A stretch of DNA of 64,000 nucleotides from Candidatus Micrarchaeia archaeon (GCA_041663445.1 JBAYMR010000001.1:47393-111392); one strand, 5' to 3'. Positions 46,116-55,648 are shown, counted from the first letter of the stretch. The notes: generated from the sequence alone by a model not told the origin. Numbers and translations are program-made.

Positions 46116-46820
46116 ATGGAATGGAAATTCGACAACGACTCGTTGGAATTCTCAGGGAGGAAAATCAAGCCGTCCGTGCGCAAGCTCCTGGAAATGACGC
46201 CGGTGCTTGCAACGCCGAAAAAAGACACGGGCCTTGAGGCGGATTCGCCGACATACTACATGTACCGCGATGTCGCGCACTTCGGGAAAATCCGCTACGA
46301 CGTCACGAGGATACTTTCGCTTGACCTTGCGGGGGAGAGGAACAAGACGCTGGGGCACGTCCATCCGCGCTCGCCCAAGGGCACGCCGTGGCCGGAAGTT
46401 TATGAAGTTCTCTCCGGCGAGGCGCATTTCCTATTGCAGAAAGTGACGCAGCTTGGCGTGCAGGATGCCGTGCTGCTTTCGGCGAAAAAGGGCGAGTGCC
46501 TCCTCATCCCGCCGGGATACGGGCATGTCACGATAAACGCTGGCAAGCGCGAATTGGTGCTGGGCAACCTGGTCTCGTCCGACTTTGACGCGGACTACTC
46601 CCAATTCCTCCGCCTGCGCGGCGGCTGCTATTATGAAATGAGCGACGGCAAGCTTGTGAAGAACAGGAACTACGGCGGCGACTTTGAACTCCGCCAGCTC
46701 CGCGCGCCCGAGTTCTCATCCGCCTTCGGCGCCTACGCGCCGTTCAGGAAGGGGCTGCTTGAGGCCGTGAAGAACGTTGCGGACATTGAATTCCTGAAGA
46801 AGCCCGAGATGTTCTACTGA
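46116..46820 (+). CDS. Cupin-type glucose-6-phosphate isomerase
   Basis: YYMYR, RYDVT, KTLGHVH, EVYEVLSG, IPPGYGHVTIN. Confidence 0.88.
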   Translation: MEWKFDNDSLEFSGRKIKPSVRKLLEMTPVLATPKKDTGLEADSPTYYMYRDVAHFGKIRYDVTRILSLDLAGERNKTLGHVHPRSPKGTPWPEVYEVLSGEAHFLLQKVTQLGVQDAVLLSAKKGECLLIPPGYGHVTINAGKRELVLGNLVSSDFDADYSQFLRLRGGCYYEMSDGKLVKNRNYGGDFELRQLRAPEFSSAFGAYAPFRKGLLEAVKNVADIEFLKKPEMFY

Positions 46821-46892
46821 GCCTTGCCATGCGCTGCTTGCCCGAAGCCGCCTTGCTCGTATTGTTTTTCCCCTTGCAAACTTGCCGCGCGC

Positions 46893-49523
46893 CTACACGA
46901 CCTTGCCGCGGGCAAACGCCTCGTTCCCGCCGCCCTTCCCACCGTGCGACTTGAGAAGCTCAACCGCGTTCATGCCGCTTCCCTTGGGCGCGGCTGCGGC
47001 AATGAAGCCGTCCGCTACCGAAACCACCGCCGCGAGATTCTGCGCGGAAAGCTTTGCGCAGATTTCCTCTGCAAGCTTTTGCGTGTAGGGGGCGTTGAGC
47101 AGCTCGACCACGTTCTTGCCGGCTGCCTTTGCCTTCGCAGCCTCTGTTTCGCTGATTTGCTGCGCAAGGAGCGCCTGCAGCTTCTCCACTTCCTTGCCGC
47201 GCTCCTTCCATTCGTTGAAGAACCGCATTATGGCTGGCTTGAGCTGGTCCTCGGGCACTGCCAAGGCTTCGGCAGCCTCGCGCAGCAGCCTTTCGCGCTC
47301 CTGGATGTGCTTGACGGCCTCAGGGCCGCATTTGATGACCACTCGTTCCACCCCGTCCTGCACCCCCTCGCGCCTGACAATCTTCACAAGCTCAAGCTCG
47401 CCGGTGCTTTTGATATAATTGTGAGTGCCGCCGCACGCCTCGTGGTCTATATCGCCGATTGAAACCACGCGCAGCACCTTGCCGGGCACTGCCCCGCCCT
47501 GATACAGCCTGAAGCCGTATTTCTGCTCGGCTTCAGTCCTGCCGAGTATTTCCGTAACCACTGGCAGGCCCTCAAGCACGTACCTGTTTGCAAGCTGCTC
47601 GATTCTCTCAAGCTCGTCCCACGTTATCTTTTTGTAGTGCGTCAGGTCGATTTGCGCCTTGTGCTCGTCCTTGTATGAGCCTGCCTGCCAGATGTGCGGG
47701 CCGAGCACTTGCCGCGCGCAGGCGTTGAGCAGGTGTATCGCGGTGTGGTGCCTTGTAACCTGCCTGCGCCTTTCCCCGTCCACCTTGCCATGCACGCCCA
47801 TGCCTGCGGAGAATTCGGCGGGCCTTTCCACCTCGTGCAGGACCACGCCCTTTTCCTTCTGGGTGTTTTTCACCTTGATTCCGTTGAGCGTGCCGACGTC
47901 GTAAATCTGCCCGCCGCCCTCCGGGTAGAACGCGGTGGAATCGAGGATGACGTACTTGCCCTTCACGGCAAGCACTTTCGCGTCGAATTCCTCGACTGAA
48001 TCATAGAACAGCGTTTTCGTCCTCTCGTGCCCGGCAACGTCAATTTTCTTTTCAACCGGCTCGCCGGTTTCCCCGCTTTTCTCCATGAGGGTGTAGAAGT
48101 TCTCGGGCACGTTCACCTTGGCGCCCTTCTCCTTGCCAAGCTCGGAGACTAGTTCGGGCGGGATGCCGTCGGACTCGTAGAGCTTCTTGAGCTCCTCAAC
48201 GCCGATTGGCTTGCCGCGCGACAGGAGCGACGCCACCTTGCCCCTGCCCTTTTCCTTGCTGGCGGCGTATTTCTTCCTCTCCTCGCCTATCACCGCGATT
48301 GCCGTCGGCACGCCTTCCTTGAGCTTGGGCGCAAAATCGCGCAGGTGGCGCGCGTGCGCCTCAAGCACGCCAGCGTAATCAAGCGAAAGCGAGAACTCGC
48401 CGTCGAAGCCGAACACGCGGCGCAGTATCATGCGCAGGTTGTAGCCGCCGCCGGAGTTCGACGGCAGCATGCCGTCCGTCGAAGTGAACAGGATTGTCTT
48501 GAGGTGGTCGGCGCATGCGTAGGCCGCGTGGAGGGGCGCGAATGTGGATTGCATCTCATCTGCGGACATGCCGAGCTTTTTCGCAACAGACGCCTTTTCC
48601 GCGCCGATGTCGGCAACGTCGTCAATGTCCAGCGAGCCTGAAAGCTTGGAGTATTCGAGGAACAGCTTCTGGTCCACGCGTATCCCCGCTTTTTCCTGTA
48701 TCATGGAAACCGCATCGCCGAAGACAATGTCATAGCTGACGGGCGAGGCGTGAGTTATCCACGACAGCCTCTCAAGCCCAGCGCCCATATCAATCACTTT
48801 GGTGGAAAGCTCGCGGCTGCCGCCGTCCGGCGTGTTCTCGTACTGCATGAACACGCAGTTGCCAAGCTCGAGCCCGTCCGCAAAATACTCTATGCACGGG
48901 CCGAAGTTGCCCCCGCCCATCCAGACGTCCTCGAGGAAAACGATGTTCTTCTCGTCAATGCCGAGGTGCGACAAGTAGCCGATGTCGTGGCGTATCGCCT
49001 CGTCCTTCCAGTAGAAGTTGCCTGTTTTCTTCGTGTTGAAGGCGTGCTGGCCCACCATGACGAAGTTCGTGTAGTGCCTGCCCGTGACGCCAACGTTAGA
49101 GATGTCCGGGAAGCGTATGCACTGCTGCGGCACCACGAGCGGGTTGGCCGGCGGGTCAAGCTCGCCCGAGACCACGTAGGGCTGGAAGTCGTTTATCGAA
49201 GCTATTGAGAAGTACAGGTCGTCGCGCCAGCGCGCCACGGTCGGGAACGATTCGATGGACGCATGCCCGTTCTTCGTGAAATATTCCTCTATCCTTTTCC
49301 ACGTCTCCACGTACCCGAGCGGGTTTTTCGCCATCTTCTTGCCGATGAACTTGTAGCCCATGCAGGACGCGTCCGAGCATATTTCGCGCGCCTCGACAGA
49401 CCAGAAGTGCCGCTTGCATTTCGCGCACTGCTGGCGGGTGTACCCGCGCTCGACAAGCGCGCCCACCTTGTAGTGCTTTTCCCAGTCGCGCCCGAATTGC
49501 GCGCGCAGCTCCTTCTTGTCCAT
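46893..49523 (-). CDS. alaS: Alanine--tRNA ligase (archaeal type)
   Basis: VARWRDD, FQPYV, QQCIRF, DMGAGLERL, HHTAIH, CGGTH, GKGGG. Confidence 0.96.
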   Translation of the reverse strand: MDKKELRAQFGRDWEKHYKVGALVERGYTRQQCAKCKRHFWSVEAREICSDASCMGYKFIGKKMAKNPLGYVETWKRIEEYFTKNGHASIESFPTVARWRDDLYFSIASINDFQPYVVSGELDPPANPLVVPQQCIRFPDISNVGVTGRHYTNFVMVGQHAFNTKKTGNFYWKDEAIRHDIGYLSHLGIDEKNIVFLEDVWMGGGNFGPCIEYFADGLELGNCVFMQYENTPDGGSRELSTKVIDMGAGLERLSWITHASPVSYDIVFGDAVSMIQEKAGIRVDQKLFLEYSKLSGSLDIDDVADIGAEKASVAKKLGMSADEMQSTFAPLHAAYACADHLKTILFTSTDGMLPSNSGGGYNLRMILRRVFGFDGEFSLSLDYAGVLEAHARHLRDFAPKLKEGVPTAIAVIGEERKKYAASKEKGRGKVASLLSRGKPIGVEELKKLYESDGIPPELVSELGKEKGAKVNVPENFYTLMEKSGETGEPVEKKIDVAGHERTKTLFYDSVEEFDAKVLAVKGKYVILDSTAFYPEGGGQIYDVGTLNGIKVKNTQKEKGVVLHEVERPAEFSAGMGVHGKVDGERRRQVTRHHTAIHLLNACARQVLGPHIWQAGSYKDEHKAQIDLTHYKKITWDELERIEQLANRYVLEGLPVVTEILGRTEAEQKYGFRLYQGGAVPGKVLRVVSIGDIDHEACGGTHNYIKSTGELELVKIVRREGVQDGVERVVIKCGPEAVKHIQERERLLREAAEALAVPEDQLKPAIMRFFNEWKERGKEVEKLQALLAQQISETEAAKAKAAGKNVVELLNAPYTQKLAEEICAKLSAQNLAAVVSVADGFIAAAAPKGSGMNAVELLKSHGGKGGGNEAFARGKVV

Positions 49524-49581
49524 AGTCCACCTCTGACGAAGAAGCTTTATATTTCTATATTCATAGAAAAATGTCCGGCAT

Positions 49582-49654
49582 GGGCTCGTGGTGGAATGGT
49601 TAACACGCTGCTCTCACACAGCAGAGATTCGCGGTTCGATCCCGCGCGAGCCCA
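49582..49654 (+). tRNA. tRNA-Val(CAC)
   Basis: Acceptor GGGCTCG/CGAGCCC; anticodon arm CTGCT-CTCACAC-AGCAG; T-arm CGCGG-TTCGATC-CCGCG. Confidence 0.95.
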
Positions 49655-49731
49655 TTAGACAAACCTCACAGGGGGCTGCCGCCCCCTCGCGGTTTTTCCT
49701 TGATTTCCCCTTCACCCCCTTAAGATAAAGA

Positions 49732-49865
49732 AGATTCGCGGTTCGAGCATCGAATGAGAAGCATTCGGTGCGAAGTCGTCATCAGCACGACTACGATCGC
49801 CAACTTCCGCAGAAGTTGGGGAGACAGAAGGGCCGCAACCCTTCTGGATCCCGCGCGAGCCCATT
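49732..49865 (+). repeat. Copy of the tRNA-Val 3' 32 nt split in the T-loop by a 102-nt four-hairpin insert (49747-49848)
   Basis: AGATTCGCGGTTCGA + insert + TCCCGCGCGAGCCCATT; the joined flanks are identical to 49625-49656. Confidence 0.92.
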
Positions 49866-49927
49866 GAAAATAGGCATAGTGCAAACAGTGCCGCCCTAGG
49901 CGGCATGGAAAAAGCCGATGTTTATTC

Positions 49928-50365
49928 CTACTTGACGCCCTTGACGGCAGGCACGCCTTTGCTGAAGGCGAAGTCCACCGACATGTGCCCGTTGTCAAGT
50001 TGAAGGCTGAAAGACCCGTTCTCGTTCTTGCTCAGCGGGGCAACGTAAGTGCCGACGATCTCCCGTGTGAGGCTGAGGCTGAGCGCGTCAATCTGGCGGT
50101 GAACCTCTAAGCGGACTTTGGCAAGCGCCGCGCGCTCGGAAGGCTTGGGAGAATATGCAGCCAGGGACGTGTCCAGCGACTTGAGAATTTCGAGATATTT
50201 CACTACGTCGCTCCTCTTGCTCCCTTCGCTCCAGTTGTCAACACGCTTGCCGACCAGAAGCCCGGTGTTCGCCTGCAGCGTGAGGGAGATTTTCTGGTTC
50301 AGCAGAGGGTTCTCAGTTTTCTTCTTCACGGCGTGCTCTTTCATCATTTGGAAAACGAACATCAT
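49928..50365 (-). CDS. Hypothetical protein
   Basis: SD GGTGGT and TTTAAATA promoter; the longer track ORF overlaps tRNA-Glu, so it was trimmed. Confidence 0.6.
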   Translation of the reverse strand: MMFVFQMMKEHAVKKKTENPLLNQKISLTLQANTGLLVGKRVDNWSEGSKRSDVVKYLEILKSLDTSLAAYSPKPSERAALAKVRLEVHRQIDALSLSLTREIVGTYVAPLSKNENGSFSLQLDNGHMSVDFAFSKGVPAVKGVK

Positions 50366-50536
50366 ACCACCTGCACCACTTATGCACACTTCAATATTTA
50401 AAGCGAGCGCCGGAGCCTGCAAAATGCGCATCCGCTGCCAAAAATGGCCTGAGGGCGCTTTTTTATTGCTTTCCCTGCTTATCTCCCTTGCGCTCCCATC
50501 CAGGGGAATCAGTCCCCTGCCTGGAAGCGCTAACGC

Positions 50537-50704
50537 GCTCCCATAGTCTAGTGGCTGACTTCGGTGCAATTGTGCACCGGCGCGAGCCGGACAACCCGGT
50601 CAAGGACGGAGCCCTCTCATGGCCCTTTTCGACGTATCGAAAAGCGTTCACGGAAATTTTTCCTGAGAAAGGCTCTAACTCGGGTTCAAATCCCGATGGG
50701 AGCG
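50537..50704 (+). tRNA. tRNA-Glu(CTC) with two introns: 15/16 (50552-50594) and 37/38 (50620-50669)
   Basis: Spliced product GCTCCCATAGTCTAG|CCCGGTCAAGGACGGAGCCCTCTCA|AGGCTCTAACTCGGGTTCAAATCCCGATGGGAGCG folds as a cloverleaf; intron 1 has helix GTCT/GGAC with 3-nt bulges AG|T and AA|C. Confidence 0.9.
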
Positions 50705-50841
50705 TTTTATTTTTTCTTCAGAAAAAATGAAACAGGTTGTGAGGCATCACGACTGCGAATTTTCTTTTTTTACTTTTAACACCTCAACGACGTAATACAC
50801 TTTGAACAATTCTTTATATACAGCAGCCGCGATAGTTGAGC

Positions 50842-52617
50842 ATGCCTACTCCAGGTATGGTTCAGATTGACCCTGTGCAGAGACAGACGTCTGCCACAGC
50901 AGATGTGTTTGATGCACGGCAGACAGCGCTTCAGGCGAAGCAGGATGTCAACCTTCTTATTGAGAAGTTGAAAAGCGAACTTCAATCATCCAAGCACGAA
51001 AGTCTTCAGATATTAAGCTCATTTCCAATCCCGATAAAAAAAGGACACGAATGGGAAATGAGGGAGACCTATCGTAAGGCAGCCTGCGATGCCAATGACC
51101 TTCTGAGAAAGGAGGGAGCGCCCATTGCCATCTGGCTAGAGGATGTTGGTGACAAGTTCCATATTGTGACTGGAAGATATGAGGAGCGAACGCCCAAAGT
51201 AATGCAAATTGAGGAAAAGATGCCGCAGGTCGTGCAGAGCGAAGAAGGTGGAAAGGCAGTTCCAGCAGTCACGCCCATATTCGACTTGACCGAAACTGAT
51301 AGAAATGAACTTTGTGTCACAAATGAGGTGCTGGCAGGCATGAAGCCCAATCAGTTGACAGATGGGCAATGGAAAGTGCTGAACAAGATTATGGATAAAA
51401 CAGCGGAGCACATATATGGGAAGAATTTCGACAAGCTTTCACAAGGCAGGAAAATCAATGTGCTGCGACACATATTCTCTCCCCACACCGATGAGGGAAA
51501 GGAACTTGGGTTTACATATTCTGGGAGCGCCGAGTTGAAAATAGCTGCGGAAACATTATCTTCTCTGAAGGGAGACTGTGATGACTTCTCGTTCTTGTAC
51601 ATAGCTTGCGCAAACCGCCTGGATGGCGAAGGCAGGCTGCATGTAAAAGACATAAAGCTGGCAGTTGTTGACTATTACGACCCAAAGAACAATGAAATCG
51701 GGGCGCATGCAAATGTCTTTCCCGTCGTCCTCAACAAGGTTGGCGGAAAGAGGGCAAAGATATTCCTTGTCGATTTGACTTTCAACACATCTACAACGCC
51801 GTTAGGACATAAGGAAAATGAGATTGATGCGAAAAACGACAAGTTCAGAGACAAATTCCTTGGACACATGAACGAGAGCAGGGAAGAAAAGAAAATCGAG
51901 GTAATGGAATTGCGCCTCTATGACGGTTTCACGGGGCTGCTTGCCTACTATTACACAAACAATGGGGCGACTCTTGCAAAGGAAGCTAAAGATATTGGCA
52001 AAAACTCCGAGAAGCAGATCGATGCACTCATGAAACTCGATGAATACGACAAGGTAGTGGCGATTTACCAGGACATAGACAATAAATTTGAGGATGCAAA
52101 GAAAGCCCTCAATGGAGCAATCGAGATTGGAAAAGAGAGCGGCTGCAACTATGGGGATGCGCTTGTTAGGATGGGCATCCTTTACTATGGACAGGGCAGC
52201 AATCTGATAAACTGGAGCACGCCACTATCCGCAAGCGGGAAATCGGAGGATGGCACAAAGAAAACAGCGAAAGGCATTGAACTCCACAGCGATTGCTACG
52301 CATATTTCAAAGAAGCGCTCGAACTACCAGACGTCAGTTCATTCGTGTTGAACGAGGGGGCAAAAGTGCTACGCGAGAGCCTGAACTCGGAAGGATATCT
52401 AATCGCAGAACAGATGGTTGTCAAGGCAATCAAGGCAGCACCATTCAAGCCAGAACTCTACGAAACGCTGCTGTCAATCATGAACAAGGAGGGCAAAACC
52501 TCAGAGGCTTTGAAGCTTTTGCAGGAGTATATAAAGGCCCCTGGGCTGCCTCCAGAAGTCAAGAAAATGATTGATGGTTTGATAACCGAGGCAGCGGGAG
52601 TACCCACTGAGCACTAG
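50842..52617 (+). CDS. Transglutaminase-like Cys protease domain plus TPR-like helical repeats
   Basis: KGDCDDFS...AHA...LVDLT triad; helical C-terminus; AT-richer than the flanks. Confidence 0.7.
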   Translation: MPTPGMVQIDPVQRQTSATADVFDARQTALQAKQDVNLLIEKLKSELQSSKHESLQILSSFPIPIKKGHEWEMRETYRKAACDANDLLRKEGAPIAIWLEDVGDKFHIVTGRYEERTPKVMQIEEKMPQVVQSEEGGKAVPAVTPIFDLTETDRNELCVTNEVLAGMKPNQLTDGQWKVLNKIMDKTAEHIYGKNFDKLSQGRKINVLRHIFSPHTDEGKELGFTYSGSAELKIAAETLSSLKGDCDDFSFLYIACANRLDGEGRLHVKDIKLAVVDYYDPKNNEIGAHANVFPVVLNKVGGKRAKIFLVDLTFNTSTTPLGHKENEIDAKNDKFRDKFLGHMNESREEKKIEVMELRLYDGFTGLLAYYYTNNGATLAKEAKDIGKNSEKQIDALMKLDEYDKVVAIYQDIDNKFEDAKKALNGAIEIGKESGCNYGDALVRMGILYYGQGSNLINWSTPLSASGKSEDGTKKTAKGIELHSDCYAYFKEALELPDVSSFVLNEGAKVLRESLNSEGYLIAEQMVVKAIKAAPFKPELYETLLSIMNKEGKTSEALKLLQEYIKAPGLPPEVKKMIDGLITEAAGVPTEH

Positions 52618-52623
52618 AGGGCG

Positions 52624-53238
52624 CTATCTTGGGACTGGTTCAGTTACTTTCTGGTTTCTCAGATGCTTGAGTTCCTGCCATTCTTCAAGCAATGCCTTCA
52701 CTTCCGCTGGTGTGTGGATTTTGAAGGCGTTCGATGGGGTTGCGCCCTTGTCGCTGAGAAAAGCAACACGCAATTCGTTCTTTGCATTCTCCCAGCGGCG
52801 CTCAAGTTCCACCCTATCTTCCTTGGAATATGAATTGAGGACTCTACCAGACAGACCGAAAGGCGGAGTGTAGTTTTCTGCATCCAGCCAAGCAGCACGG
52901 AAAGCGCCTAGCTCTGGTTTTTTCTCTGAAAATGTCTTGTCACTTAGCGAATTGGAATACGGCATGTAATGTTCAAGCGTCCTTACATCTGGAATTACCA
53001 GTTTAGGGATAGTGTCCATCGTCTTTGTCGTGTCTTTCTTCGCCTGTTCTATTGACTTGAAAGCCCCGGTTTGCATCAACAGCACGGTGTCACCCCCTTT
53101 TTTTGTTCCTTTGTTCTGCGAATATACCTTGGTAAATATGCCCGAAGTAAGTAAAAAAGCACCTGTAAGGAAGATAGCAGCGCCCACTCTGGAGACATGA
53201 CCTGTTTTTTGCCTGAAATGAGCCGTCTTGACGTGCAT
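52624..53238 (-). CDS. Hypothetical protein with N-terminal signal/TM segment
   Basis: Hydrophobic stretch near the N-terminus; AT-richer. Confidence 0.6.
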   Translation of the reverse strand: MHVKTAHFRQKTGHVSRVGAAIFLTGAFLLTSGIFTKVYSQNKGTKKGGDTVLLMQTGAFKSIEQAKKDTTKTMDTIPKLVIPDVRTLEHYMPYSNSLSDKTFSEKKPELGAFRAAWLDAENYTPPFGLSGRVLNSYSKEDRVELERRWENAKNELRVAFLSDKGATPSNAFKIHTPAEVKALLEEWQELKHLRNQKVTEPVPR

Positions 53239-53392
53239 GCATCTATTCTGTCTTCTGGGCTATATAAAGGTAATTTCTCAGAAGAAAATCAGCACATCAC
53301 CCACTGAGAGTTTTTATTTTTTTACCCGATTTCTCACTAAATAAAACTATATTTAAAAAGGCTTCGCAACAGGAAACGATTCAGGTGAAAAG

Positions 53393-53785
53393 ATGGCGAC
53401 GCTTGAAACAAAACCGCTAGAAAAAACCCTGCCGATGGCATTCAAGGTTTCAGGGAACAGGTACCTGGTGATGGCGAAATCCAACGATGACGGGAGGCTG
53501 AGGGTTTCAGCTTTCATAGGGAAGATACTGGACAAGGAACCGCCGCTGAAGGAAGGCGAACGGATATACTGGATTGCCGCCGGGCAGATGGACGACGGAA
53601 GGAAAGACAGCCCGAGAAAAGGGCACATATTCTACAAGGGAGTTGACGACAAAGAGGCTGCCGGCGTATGGAACGCAATTGATTCCGACAGGGCACGAGT
53701 AGACTGGGCATTCATCTCCAGAGTGCTTAAGCCAGGGACTCCGATAACTCCGTTTGTGGAGCTGAGCAAGGCCGGAAAGAACTAA
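53393..53785 (+). CDS. Hypothetical protein
   Basis: TTTAAAAA promoter and SD AGGTGA. Confidence 0.65.
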   Translation: MATLETKPLEKTLPMAFKVSGNRYLVMAKSNDDGRLRVSAFIGKILDKEPPLKEGERIYWIAAGQMDDGRKDSPRKGHIFYKGVDDKEAAGVWNAIDSDRARVDWAFISRVLKPGTPITPFVELSKAGKN

Positions 53786-53821
53786 GGCGTGCGTCGCAGA
53801 TGCCAGAATGAAGGTGCTTAA

Positions 53822-54547
53822 ATGGTCAATGCCCCAAGTATAGTAAGGAAAGGGATGGTGAACGACAAGGAATCGGCAGGGGACGCGGCGCTTGATTCGT
53901 TCCACAAGGTGATGAAAAAGATGCCCCGGCTGCGCGAGGGCAAGGCAGGGGATGGCAGCGCATGGCTGGCAGGGGCCTGCAAGGATAGGGGCGCGGGCTT
54001 TGGCATGGTCGTGGCGGAGGGGCCGCAAATCATCTCGGCAATCAGGCTTGGTGGCGGGAATGCAACCGCATTTTCCAAGCGCGGGATTTCGAAAATCGGG
54101 GAAATCCATGAATGCCGCACCTACTGCGTGGCTACGGTGGAAGGCGTGGAATTCGCCTCGAAGGGGGCGTTCTGGATGTGGTCGGCGTCAAAAGACTACC
54201 ACGACATATGCGGGCACCTCAACGGGCTGCAGGCATATGACGCAACCGGCGGGGTTGACATCGCGATTATTGGCGGCGCGGCTGAACTCCTGAAGGGAAG
54301 CGTGCAGACAAAGCATGGCAATTACAGCTTCAGCTTCTTCGCAAGGAATTTTGCCGAGGGCAAAAAGGCAATCAGGTGCGACTATTCTATGCTGCTTGAG
54401 GGGGAGAACGTCTGGAACGCCGCTCAGGCGCAGCAGGACGGCACGCTGGAAAAAATATTCAACAAGATGCGGGCGGCTGCGAAGAAAATGTTCCCGAGCG
54501 AAATGTGGGGGCAGGTAAAGCTGGAAAACGTGATTGGCGCGCCCTAG
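53822..54547 (+). CDS. Hypothetical protein
   Basis: 241-aa ORF filling the gap before the convergent purQ; start uncertain. Confidence 0.6.
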   Translation: MVNAPSIVRKGMVNDKESAGDAALDSFHKVMKKMPRLREGKAGDGSAWLAGACKDRGAGFGMVVAEGPQIISAIRLGGGNATAFSKRGISKIGEIHECRTYCVATVEGVEFASKGAFWMWSASKDYHDICGHLNGLQAYDATGGVDIAIIGGAAELLKGSVQTKHGNYSFSFFARNFAEGKKAIRCDYSMLLEGENVWNAAQAQQDGTLEKIFNKMRAAAKKMFPSEMWGQVKLENVIGAP

Positions 54548-55644
54548 CGCACGTATTCTTCCGCCGCTTTCACGATGTTCTGGAAGAAGCGCAGGCTGTT
54601 TTTCTCGTAGGAGATTCCCGCAGTGAAGCGCGGGAACTGCGTCCTGTACATGCTGCATTCGGGGTGGGGCATGAGCCCCAGAATCTTGCCCGTCCTGTCG
54701 CAGATGCCCGCGATGTCATAAGGTGAGCCGTTCGGGTTGGCAGGGTAGCCTGGGGAGTCGGACATCTTTTCATCGGTGTAGCGCAGCGCCACCATGCCCT
54801 GCCTCTTGAGCGAGGCAAGAAGCTCGGAGTCGCGCGGAACGAACTGCCCCTCGCCGTGCCTGACAGGGCACTGGATGAATGATACGCCCTCGAAGTATTT
54901 GCACACCGACTTTTGCGGCTTGAGGTAGACCCAGCGGTCCTCGAACCTGCCGCTCTTGTTGAACGTGAGCGTGGACTCCTGGGAAGACGAGCCGGACAGG
55001 TTCGGCAGCGCGCCAAGCTTCACCAGTGTCTGGAACCCGTTGCACACGCCGAGCATTGGCTTGCCGGATGACACGAACTCGTCGAACTGCGCCCGGAACG
55101 TGCTCTTGAGCTTGTTGGAAAGCACGCGCCCGCCAGCGATGTCATCGCCGAACGACCAGCCGCCGGGTATTGCGAATATCTCGTAGTGGGACAGCTTTTC
55201 CCTGCCCGATGAAATGTCCGAGAAGTGCACTATCTTCGCATCGGCCCCTGCAAGGCAGAATGCGTGCGCAAGCTCAGCCTCGGCATTCAGGCCAAAGCCG
55301 GCGAGCACGATGCAGCGCGGCCTGCGCTTTTCCGCTGCGGACGGCAAAGCATGCACGGCTGCAGTGCGCCTTTGTTTCGCAGGGGCACTGGCCGGCTTTT
55401 TCGCAGCGCCCGCCCCGGATGGCTTTTTCGCATTTGCCGCCCTTGCCTTTGCTTTTGCCGCCATCATCTTCACCGTCTTTTTCTGCGCGCGCCGTTTGGC
55501 CGCCATATTTTTCGCCGAGGGCTTGGCTTTTTTATTCGCCGCCCCGCCCGCCATCTTCTTCACTGCCACTTTGGTTTTTTTCTTCGCTGGGGGCTTGGCT
55601 TTTTTCCTTGCAGTTCCCCTGCCCGCTGTTTTCCCTGATGCCAT
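54544..55644 (-). CDS. purQ: FGAM synthase glutaminase subunit with an N-terminal Lys/Ala-rich extension of about 105 aa
   Basis: PGGWSFGD, GVCNGFQ, HGEG, NPNGS, GLMPHPE. Confidence 0.92.
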   Translation of the reverse strand: MASGKTAGRGTARKKAKPPAKKKTKVAVKKMAGGAANKKAKPSAKNMAAKRRAQKKTVKMMAAKAKARAANAKKPSGAGAAKKPASAPAKQRRTAAVHALPSAAEKRRPRCIVLAGFGLNAEAELAHAFCLAGADAKIVHFSDISSGREKLSHYEIFAIPGGWSFGDDIAGGRVLSNKLKSTFRAQFDEFVSSGKPMLGVCNGFQTLVKLGALPNLSGSSSQESTLTFNKSGRFEDRWVYLKPQKSVCKYFEGVSFIQCPVRHGEGQFVPRDSELLASLKRQGMVALRYTDEKMSDSPGYPANPNGSPYDIAGICDRTGKILGLMPHPECSMYRTQFPRFTAGISYEKNSLRFFQNIVKAAEEYVR

Positions 55645-55648
55645 ATGA

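Noticed and set aside
49747..49848. T-loop inserts as BHB introns of split tRNA halves
   Set aside because: I could not form a 4-bp helix with 3-nt bulges at any compatible junction (same for 4708-4759), and no complementary trans-splicing leaders were seen.
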